Below, piece after piece: positions 57,021 through 64,000 of a stretch of DNA of 64,000 nt. The DNA is taken from assembly GCA_965208245.1 (NCBI GenBank), contig OZ242325.1:2581878-2645877 (forward strand), written 5' to 3'. The DNA is from Candidatus Poribacteria bacterium (GTDB lineage Bacteria; Poribacteria; WGA-4E; WGA-3G). Position 1 is the stretch's first letter; every line of letters begins with the position of its first letter. The position numbers and the translations under genes were made by a program. The notes under the pieces are model-generated. The model was not told where the DNA came from. It made no database searches and saw nothing but the letters and a program-made list of their open reading frames with translations.

Positions 57021-58181
57021 CTATTGACTACCGAGCGGTTGTAAGGATCCATCATGCACGTCAAGAACGACAATCTGTTCATAGATCGCTTCTCCATCCG
57101 GGTCAAAAGAAAATGGTCCTAAGACTGTATCAAACTGACTAGTTTGTGCCAAAGCATCGCGAATAGCTGCTGCCTCAAGTGAACCTGCTTCTCTTATCGC
57201 ATTTGCCAGTATATTCAGACTTGCATAAGCTTGTGCAGCCCATGGACCCGGGATATCGTTGTATTTGTCCATATAACTTTGGACAAATACTTGGTTTCTT
57301 GGATTTTGATCAAGTTCCGACCACCCCGCAAAAGCAACTGCATTTTCAGCTGCAGCACCTAAAGTATCAACTTCTGACTGTGTCAAATCAGGAACAATCA
57401 GCCTCGAAGAGATATCTAATGTATCTGCTTGCATGATAATTTGAACCATCTGAGTTGACAGAGCAGCGACAAAGACTACATCAGGAGCCATGCTATCAAT
57501 GTTCTTTAATTGTGTCATAAAATCGGTATCGGTTGTTGTGAACTCTTCCGTTGCCAATACTTCAACATTTACTGTTCCTAACGCTTTCATCAGCTCATCT
57601 TTAACGCTTGTAGAGTAAGTATCAGCACTATCAAAAATAATTGCTGCACTTTGATATGCCAATGCTGCATGCGTTTGCATCACACCGCGCGGTATAAGAA
57701 TGTTGGTGGCTAAACCTGCACGGAATGCATAGTCGCCGACCTCACTACTCAAGCCTGCAGCAGAAGAAATCGGACTGAAAGCAACAACACGTGCCTCTTG
57801 TGCAATAGGGAAAGCTTCTCTAAGATGGGTTGAAATACCAACGCCTACAATGGCAGGAACACCTTGATCCACTAAAAACTGAACTGCCTCCTTAGCACCG
57901 TCTACTGTACTCTTGTTGTCATATACGAAAAACTTAAAGTTGACACCATGCAATTTCTGTTCTTCTCGTGCTAATTCAAGACCACGGAACATCGGTTCCC
58001 CATAGGGTTCCGCATTAATGCCAGTCCTTGCAACAGCAATACCGACAGTTACATCTATGATATCAACGGGGTCCGTTTCACCAGGAGGTATAACACTCGT
58101 CATCCTTTCACAACCTGAAATACCTACAACTAAAAATGCTATCGCCACTAAGGCAAAAAGTGAAACATTTCTTATTCTCAT
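57021..58181 (-). CDS. ABC transporter substrate-binding lipoprotein, branched-chain amino acid (LivJ/PBP1) family
   Basis: Lipobox ISGC and a type-1 periplasmic binding fold (VPAIVGVGISTH..., ...GVNFKFFVYDN). Confidence 0.7.
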   Translation of the reverse strand: MRIRNVSLFALVAIAFLVVGISGCERMTSVIPPGETDPVDIIDVTVGIAVARTGINAEPYGEPMFRGLELAREEQKLHGVNFKFFVYDNKSTVDGAKEAVQFLVDQGVPAIVGVGISTHLREAFPIAQEARVVAFSPISSAAGLSSEVGDYAFRAGLATNILIPRGVMQTHAALAYQSAAIIFDSADTYSTSVKDELMKALGTVNVEVLATEEFTTTDTDFMTQLKNIDSMAPDVVFVAALSTQMVQIIMQADTLDISSRLIVPDLTQSEVDTLGAAAENAVAFAGWSELDQNPRNQVFVQSYMDKYNDIPGPWAAQAYASLNILANAIREAGSLEAAAIRDALAQTSQFDTVLGPFSFDPDGEAIYEQIVVLDVHDGSLQPLGSQ

Positions 58182-58383
58182 TAATCAATCTCCTATTTTG
58201 TAATTATTCATAATTTATTCAAACCTATAACTCGAGCTTAAGGATTAGTATTGGAATGTCCTTTATAATATAAATTATCACATAATTACGGGGCAGTGTC
58301 AAATTAAAAACTTGATGTAACTAATTCACTTGACAAAGTGTTTAATTATATGTTAAAATTAAAATCGTTAATTTGTGAATCAT

Positions 58384-58471
58384 GGTGGGATGGCTGAGTG
58401 GACGAAGGCGGCGGTCTTGAAAACCGTTGTGGCGCAAGCCACCGTGGGTTCGAATCCTACTCCCACCGCCA
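58384..58471 (+). tRNA. tRNA-Ser (anticodon TGA), type II with a long variable arm, CCA encoded
   Basis: Acceptor GGTGGGA/TCCCACC, anticodon loop cTTGAaa, long variable arm, T-loop GTTCGAATC. Confidence 0.85.
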
Positions 58472-58479
58472 CACAATAT

Positions 58480-58567
58480 GGAGAGGTGCAGGAGTGGTTG
58501 AACTGGACTGCCTGCTAAGCAGTTATGGCGAAAGTCATCGTGGGTTCGAATCCCACCCTCTCCGCCA
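58480..58567 (+). tRNA. tRNA-Ser (anticodon GCT), CCA encoded
   Basis: Acceptor GGAGAGG/CCTCTCC, anticodon stem ACTGC/GCAGT, loop CTGCTAA. Confidence 0.85.
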
Positions 58568-58678
58568 TCATGTTTTATGTGATTTTCTAATACAGAAATA
58601 CGATATGAACAATATGTCCGGTCCAGTATCTTAAAACGCAAAATTAATCAGATTTTCATATAGTAATGTGTATATGAC

Positions 58679-58752
58679 GCGCCTGTAGCTCAGTGGATTA
58701 GAGCATCTGACTACGGATCAGAAGGCCGGGGGTTCGAATCCTCTCAGGCGCT
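58679..58752 (+). tRNA. tRNA-Arg (anticodon ACG)
   Basis: Acceptor GCGCCTG/CAGGCGC, D-arm TAGCTCAGTGG, anticodon stem TCTGA/TCAGA with loop CTACGGA. The T-stem has two G-U pairs. Confidence 0.75.
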
Positions 58753-58793
58753 TTAATACTTTATGAATAATCAAAACTAAGGTTTAAAGAACA

Positions 58794-59273
58794 GTGTCAA
58801 TCACTTTACCATCCAACCCAATCACAAAAGATGATGTCTATTGGATGGAAAAGGCACTTGAATTAGCACAACAAGCCACAGAGACAAATGAAGTACCAGT
58901 CGGTGCTGTTGTCATAAAGGAAGGAAACCTTGTTGCCACCGCACATAATCTTCGCGAACAGTTGAGAAATCCTGTTGCACACGCTGAAATGCTTGCAATT
59001 CAGTCAGCAGCGAAAAAACTCGATAATTGGCGTTTGACAGAAACAACATTATATGTTACGCTGGAACCATGTCCAATGTGTGCTGGTGCAATTATTCTTG
59101 CACGTATACCAAGGGTTGTCTTTGGTGCCACAGACCCAAAAAGTGGTGCCGCCGGATCACTTTACAACATTGTTCAAGATGAGAGACTTAATCATAAAGT
59201 AGAACTGCTAAGCGGTGTCTGTGCCGAAGAAAGTAGGGCACTTTTGCAAACTTTTTTTGAGAATAAACGTTAA
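58794..59273 (+). CDS. tadA: tRNA-specific adenosine deaminase
   Basis: CDA-fold zinc motifs HAEMLAI and PCPMCAGAI. Confidence 0.85.
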   Translation: MSITLPSNPITKDDVYWMEKALELAQQATETNEVPVGAVVIKEGNLVATAHNLREQLRNPVAHAEMLAIQSAAKKLDNWRLTETTLYVTLEPCPMCAGAIILARIPRVVFGATDPKSGAAGSLYNIVQDERLNHKVELLSGVCAEESRALLQTFFENKR

Positions 59274-59282
59274 AAAATATAA

Positions 59283-59370
59283 GGAGAGATGCAGGAGAGG
59301 TTGAACTGGACAGTCTCGAAAACTGTTGTGACGAAAGTCACCGTGGGTTCGAATCCCACTCTCTCCGCCA
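59283..59370 (+). tRNA. tRNA-Ser (anticodon CGA), CCA encoded
   Basis: Acceptor GGAGAGA/TCTCTCC, anticodon stem ACAGT/ACTGT, loop CTCGAAA. Confidence 0.85.
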
Positions 59371-59494
59371 CCTTGTTATGAAGATGTGTAACAGAGCAAG
59401 TTTAATCGTAAATCAGAAGCCTAAAATACATAGGGATTCCTGAAGCAATTATTGCTACAAACTTTTTGAATTGATCGGAGAATATGATATTGTT

Positions 59495-59567
59495 GGGGCA
59501 GTAGCTCAGTTGGGAGAGCGTATCCCTCGCACGGATGAGGTCACGGGTTCAAATCCCGTCTGCTCCA
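59495..59567 (+). tRNA. tRNA-Ala (anticodon CGC)
   Basis: Acceptor GGGGCAG/CTGCTCC with the G3:U70 alanine identity pair; anticodon loop CTCGCAC. Confidence 0.8.
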
Positions 59568-59583
59568 TACTATTGAACTTTAC

Positions 59584-59675
59584 GGAGAGATGCAGGAGAT
59601 GGCTGAACTGGCATGACTGGAAATCATGTGTGCTGTTATGCAGTACCGTGGGTTCGAATCCCACTCTCTCCGCCA
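59584..59675 (+). tRNA. tRNA-Ser (anticodon GGA), CCA encoded
   Basis: Acceptor GGAGAGA/TCTCTCC, anticodon stem CATGA/TCATG, loop CTGGAAA. Confidence 0.85.
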
Positions 59676-59869
59676 CCTTGTTATGAAAAATATCAGTTTT
59701 GCGTTATATGTAATGTATACTGTGCTAAACCGATAATTTCAAATATGTTAATAGTTTTACGACTTGGCTATGCTAAGTGGGGAGATAGCGGTGCCCTGTA
59801 TCTGCAATCCGCTATAGCAGAACTGAATTCCGAGTAGGCGGCCTGTCTTTGTGGGGTCTGTCCTAAGCA

Positions 59870-59985
59870 CGTGGCGTTGATAGTTGGGTCTTGAGCAACG
59901 AGAGGTTATTAAACCCCGTCAGATCCGGAAGGAAGCAGCGGTAGATAAGTTTTCTCGTGTGACGCAAGGCAACCTGATTTGAGCC
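59870..59985 (+). ncRNA. ffs: Signal recognition particle RNA (4.5S/ffs), conserved domain IV hairpin; ends approximate
   Basis: GTCAGATCCGGAAGGAAGCAGCGG at 59918-59941 matches the universally conserved SRP RNA helix-8 motif (GUCAGGUCCGGAAGGAAGCAGCC, GGAA tetraloop). It lies immediately upstream of dnaX, a common ffs position. Confidence 0.5.
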
Positions 59986-60097
59986 AACGACTTAAGCAAC
60001 GCCCGGAAAGGCTTGTCAACACTGGGTGCATAGCCATTTTCTCAGAAAAACCGATTCGTGAAGGGGATGGAATACACATCTATCTAAGGTTTTAAAC

Positions 60098-61912
60098 ATG
60101 TCTTATGAAGTTTTCGCTCAAAAATGGCGACCTCAATTTTTTCGTGATGTCGTTGGACAAGTTCATGTGACAACAACAATACAGAATCAGATCAAGTCCA
60201 ACCGACTAGGACATGCTTATCTTTTTCGGGGACCCCGAGGTACTGGAAAGACTACAGTCGCACGACTGTTTGCAAAAGCAGTCAACTGTCTAAAACCTAC
60301 AAAAGATACCACCTTTGATCAGTCAATCATAGGTGAACCTTGTAATACATGCAACGCATGCACTCAGATTACTCGAGGTAGTTCTTTTGATGTGATTGAG
60401 ATGGATGCTGCATCAAATAGAGGAATCGACACAATCCGAGACCTACGTGAAAACGTCAAACTCTCACCTGCCGCCTATAAATATAAAGTCTACATAATTG
60501 ATGAAGTCCACATGCTCACACAGGAGGGTTTCAATGCACTGCTCAAGACACTTGAAGAACCCCCTTCACATGTGATTTTCATCATGGCCACAACAGAACA
60601 TTCCAAAATACCTAAGACCATCGTATCACGTTGCCAAGATTTTGATTTTCGGAACCTCTCCTCAGAACAGATTGTCTCACGATTACAACTTATTGCATCC
60701 GATGAAGGGATTTCCGCTGAAAATGAGGTACTATCCCTGATCGCTCGTCAATCTGAGGGATGTCTCCGTGACGCAGAAAACCTACTTGAAAGACTTGTTT
60801 CATCTAATGCAAAAGAACTGACAATTGAAAACGTTGAGGAAACATTAGGATTAGGATCAAGTTTCCTGCTCAACAAACTTTCAGAGTCTATTATCAAACA
60901 GAACCTTATTTCAGGCCTGCAGACATTAAACAAACTATCCAAACAGGGAATGGATCTGGTACTGTGTCTAAATCAACTTATCTCCTATTTTCGCGACCTT
61001 CGTCTACTCGCTATTGACAACCAACTCGGTGAACTGATTCAAGCACCATCCTCTGAACTCCCAACACTGAAAAAGAAGACACAAGAAATCTCTGTTGAGC
61101 GACTATCACGGGTCATAAGAATACTCATGCATGCTAACAGAGATATCAAAGAATACGGTTACGTTCAATTACAACTTGAAAACGCATTGGTACAGATAAA
61201 TGCAATTAAAGAGGGAATTAAACTTGATGAGATTGTTAATAAACTCATTGAAGTTGAGCAGAAAATAGGAAGCGTTAAAACAACATCACACACAACGGCA
61301 CAATCAAGATATGCTGATACAGAAGGAACCCAGTATATTCAGCAGAACGTGGTAGAACAAGGTGTGACTGAATCATCAACTCTGCAGGGTCAGGAGACAT
61401 CTATTGCACAGTCTGAAAAAATACACACACATGGTAGGAGTGTTGATGCCCCATCTACAAAGTCTATTCCTGAAACTGAACAGAAACCTAAGTCTGAAGT
61501 TAAACTAGAGGAAACTAATAATGTTGAAAATAGTCATGATAAACTATCTGATATTTGGAGCAAGGTAAAATCACGCCTACCAATAATGTTGAATCATGGG
61601 TTGTTCCAAAATGCAATCCCAAGTTTTGAGGGAAAAGACCATGTAAGAATCTCTTGTCCTTTAGGAAAATTTTCCATTGCTGATGAGGATGCCAGAAAAG
61701 AAATCACAGAAACATTTTCTGAAGTCATCGGTAGACAGATTAGCATCGAACTTGTTAAATCTGAATTAATTCCAAAAGTGGTAGAGACCTTAGATCCATC
61801 TGATGTAGAAGTTAAGACTACACCTTCTATGCGGAAACGTCAAGCAGAGAAAGATGAACAGATTAGACCTATTCTTGAAATGTTTGATGCAAGAATATTA
61901 GAAACAAAATAA
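60098..61912 (+). CDS. dnaX: DNA polymerase III subunit gamma/tau
   Basis: AAA+ clamp-loader motifs (GPRGTGKTT, DEVHML, SRC-containing box) plus a tau C-terminal extension. Confidence 0.9.
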   Translation: MSYEVFAQKWRPQFFRDVVGQVHVTTTIQNQIKSNRLGHAYLFRGPRGTGKTTVARLFAKAVNCLKPTKDTTFDQSIIGEPCNTCNACTQITRGSSFDVIEMDAASNRGIDTIRDLRENVKLSPAAYKYKVYIIDEVHMLTQEGFNALLKTLEEPPSHVIFIMATTEHSKIPKTIVSRCQDFDFRNLSSEQIVSRLQLIASDEGISAENEVLSLIARQSEGCLRDAENLLERLVSSNAKELTIENVEETLGLGSSFLLNKLSESIIKQNLISGLQTLNKLSKQGMDLVLCLNQLISYFRDLRLLAIDNQLGELIQAPSSELPTLKKKTQEISVERLSRVIRILMHANRDIKEYGYVQLQLENALVQINAIKEGIKLDEIVNKLIEVEQKIGSVKTTSHTTAQSRYADTEGTQYIQQNVVEQGVTESSTLQGQETSIAQSEKIHTHGRSVDAPSTKSIPETEQKPKSEVKLEETNNVENSHDKLSDIWSKVKSRLPIMLNHGLFQNAIPSFEGKDHVRISCPLGKFSIADEDARKEITETFSEVIGRQISIELVKSELIPKVVETLDPSDVEVKTTPSMRKRQAEKDEQIRPILEMFDARILETK

Positions 61913-61957
61913 GGAGATATTCCAGTTCTCATAAGGGAAGTGGAGCCATTTATAACT

Positions 61958-62266
61958 ATGAAAATGAATGACTTGATGAAACAAGCACAACAGATGCAGA
62001 AACGTATGCTCGAAATCAGAGAAGAACTCGCAAACCAGACTGTTGAGGCAACCGTCGGGGGGGGCATGGTAACAGCAGTTGTCAATGGACAACAGGAGCT
62101 TGTTTCACTTCACATTACACCGGAAGTCGTGGATCCCGACGATACAGAGATGCTTGAAGACCTTGTTGTCTCAGTGGTGAACCAAGCTTTACAACAATCT
62201 CAAGAATTGATGTCTGACGAGATGAGTAAACTCACCGGCAATTTCAAGATCCCTGGACTTCCATAA
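61958..62266 (+). CDS. ybaB: Nucleoid-associated protein YbaB/EbfC
   Basis: About 100 aa with MNDLMKQAQQMQKRM...; placed in the conserved dnaX-ybaB-recR arrangement. Confidence 0.8.
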   Translation: MKMNDLMKQAQQMQKRMLEIREELANQTVEATVGGGMVTAVVNGQQELVSLHITPEVVDPDDTEMLEDLVVSVVNQALQQSQELMSDEMSKLTGNFKIPGLP

Positions 62267-62337
62267 CGACAGTTACATATTGACACACTGAAAACCTTGT
62301 ACTCAAGATGATTTCTGACACTTCAACAAGCAAAAAC

Positions 62338-62937
62338 ATGCAAACGTATCCTCAACCTTTAGAGCAGCTAATCATGCAACTCCAAAAACTTCCAACAGTT
62401 GGTCCAAAAACTGCTCAACGTTTAGCTTTTTTTATGCTAACACTTCCCGATTTTGAGACTAACCAAATTGCAGAAGCGATCATGGCAGTTAAAAAACACT
62501 TGTCTGATTGCAATGTCTGTGGTACTATCACGGACATAAATCCGTGCCATATCTGCTCAAACCCAAGACGTGATCAACAGATAATCTGTGTCGTTGAACA
62601 ACCAGATGACCTGTGGGCAATAGAACGCACAGAGATACACAAAGGACTATATCATGTCTTGGGAGGGGTTCTGTCACCATTAGACGGTATCGGACCGGAT
62701 TCGTTGAGAATGAGCGACCTATTCACACGCGTTCACAATAATAACGTTAAAGAGGTTATACTTGCAACCAACTGGGACACTGAAGGTCAAGCAACCGCAC
62801 TCTTCCTAACACAGCAATTAGAAGAGTATCCTATATCTGTAACAAGAATAGCCTACGGAATCCCCGTTGGTGGAGATTTGGAATATATTGACGAAGTCAC
62901 ACTTGCGAAGGCTCTTGAAGGCAGACGTGCAGTGTAA
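62338..62937 (+). CDS. recR: Recombination protein RecR
   Basis: HhH (LPTVGPKTAQRLAF), C4 zinc finger (CxxC...CxxC) and a Toprim domain. Confidence 0.85.
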   Translation: MQTYPQPLEQLIMQLQKLPTVGPKTAQRLAFFMLTLPDFETNQIAEAIMAVKKHLSDCNVCGTITDINPCHICSNPRRDQQIICVVEQPDDLWAIERTEIHKGLYHVLGGVLSPLDGIGPDSLRMSDLFTRVHNNNVKEVILATNWDTEGQATALFLTQQLEEYPISVTRIAYGIPVGGDLEYIDEVTLAKALEGRRAV

Positions 62938-62973
62938 TACACTTTTGGCTTATTTATTTTTAAGGAGGTATCC

Positions 62974-63927
62974 TTGAAATTATCACAATTAACTACTACG
63001 GTTTTCATTCTAAGCTGCTGTATGGTATCTTTGCATGCAACAGCACAGAATGCCCCACAACATGAGACTGTTGACAAGAATCAGCCGACTACATTCGACA
63101 GCAACACTGCTTTTGAATTCTTGAAAAAGCAGTGTGAATTCGGACCTCGGCCTCCCGGTTCAGAAGCACATAAAAAAACAAGGGATTACCTGTCTACAGA
63201 ACTAAAAAAATATACCGATGCTGTTACACTACAACCTTTCACATCTGTGGTAGATGCAGTTGGGAATCCACAACAAAAAATAACGCTGCACATGAACAAT
63301 GTCATTGCAGAATTTGGCAGCAGTCTTAATGAAACACTCCTGTTAGCAGCACATTGGGACACGCGTCCGTGTGCTGACAAAGAACCAGATAAAGAGGTAC
63401 AACTTAATCCAATACTTGGTGCAAACGATGGGGCGTCTGGTGTGGCAGTTTTGCTTGAAATCGCCCGTATCCTCAAATTGAAGCCACCCCCAAAAAGAAT
63501 TGTAATCGTCCTATTTGATGGAGAGGATTACGGAAAGTCAACAGACCAAATGTTCCTAGGATCACGTTACTTCGCGAAAAATATGGGAAAATGGAAACCT
63601 GATTACGGAATCCTTTTGGATATGATTGGAGATAAAGACTTAGAGATACCCATTGAACAGTACTCTTGGGTTGCAAACCGTGAATATACAGACTCAATCT
63701 GGAAACGTGCAATAGAATTAGGATTAGCACCATTTAAACGTAGAATAGGACCTGCAATTATGGATGACCATGTGCCTTTGATTGAGGTCGGTATACCGAT
63801 GGTCAATATTATTGACTTTGATTATCCGTATTGGCATACACTTGAGGATACAGTGGATAAATGTAGTCCTAAAAGTTTGGAAATTGTTGGGACACTTGTG
63901 CTAAATATTATCTATGAAGGCTTATAG
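62974..63927 (+). CDS. Secreted M28-family zinc peptidase (glutaminyl-cyclase/aminopeptidase-like)
   Basis: Signal peptide, then AAHWDTRP, NDGASGVAVLLE, FDGEDYG and HT..D metal-binding motifs. Confidence 0.7.
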   Translation: MKLSQLTTTVFILSCCMVSLHATAQNAPQHETVDKNQPTTFDSNTAFEFLKKQCEFGPRPPGSEAHKKTRDYLSTELKKYTDAVTLQPFTSVVDAVGNPQQKITLHMNNVIAEFGSSLNETLLLAAHWDTRPCADKEPDKEVQLNPILGANDGASGVAVLLEIARILKLKPPPKRIVIVLFDGEDYGKSTDQMFLGSRYFAKNMGKWKPDYGILLDMIGDKDLEIPIEQYSWVANREYTDSIWKRAIELGLAPFKRRIGPAIMDDHVPLIEVGIPMVNIIDFDYPYWHTLEDTVDKCSPKSLEIVGTLVLNIIYEGL

Positions 63928-63957
63928 TAGAATTCCAAACAATGAGGCGAATGCACC

Positions 63958-64000
63958 ATGAATATATATCAGAAACAGTACGATGTCATAGTCGTAGGTG
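63958..64000 (+). CDS. 5' end of an FAD/NAD(P)-binding oxidoreductase (runs beyond the window)
   Basis: MNIYQKQYDVIVVG matches a dinucleotide-binding N-terminus (DVIVVG...). Confidence 0.3.
   Translation, partial: MNIYQKQYDVIVVG

Noticed and set aside
58342-59837. ORFs 58342-58641(-), 58398-58634(+), 59471-59686(+) and 59613-59837(+).
   Set aside because: They overlap well-formed tRNA genes and are artefacts of translating tRNA sequence.

Overview
This 64 kb window is a bacterial chromosome segment, about 40% GC, from a diderm organism: skp-lpxD at the start, then TolB-like, MacAB-like and prepilin/pseudopilin genes. Housekeeping blocks are grpE-dnaJ-prmA, moaD-moaE, folB, uvrA, moaC, an SRP RNA-dnaX-ybaB-recR stretch, and a six-gene tRNA cluster (all four Ser isoacceptors, Arg-ACG and Ala-CGC) wrapped around tadA. 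A UbiA-family prenyltransferase lies near a PcrB/GGGPS-family synthase. That pairing is the archaeal-type ether-lipid gene signature reported in FCB-group bacteria, so an FCB-superphylum or candidate-phylum origin is inferred, not demonstrated. Two dispersed repeat families punctuate the intergenic space: a roughly 90-100 bp MITE-like palindromic element (7 copies) and a short GC-rich REP hairpin (at least 10 loci). The accessory content is concentrated in four places. (1) A two-gene cassette at 14.1-17.4 kb encodes a TPR protein fused to an orphan type IIG target-recognition-like domain plus an overlapping SMC/ABC-like ATPase. It sits between a decayed 5' fragment and the intact copy of a nitroreductase gene, which marks it as an insertion, and it is the best candidate for an undescribed defence-like system. 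(2) A toxin-antitoxin-like cluster at 29.9-33.0 kb encodes an MNT-HEPN fusion, a 646-aa internally duplicated nucleotidyltransferase and a Phd-like antitoxin. (3) A stand-alone 1214-aa type IIG RM/MTase (NPPY) at 34.5-38.2 kb has an upstream small ORF that copies its N-terminus. (4) A strong sigma70 promoter at 47.8 kb drives a small ORF containing a 19-nt poly-C tract (a phase-variation candidate), followed by a 1155-aa lamin-tail-domain surface protein that shares its C-terminal motif. A cupin gene and a vapC toxin gene each carry an in-frame TGA, while TGA is otherwise used as a stop here, so both are called pseudogenes.
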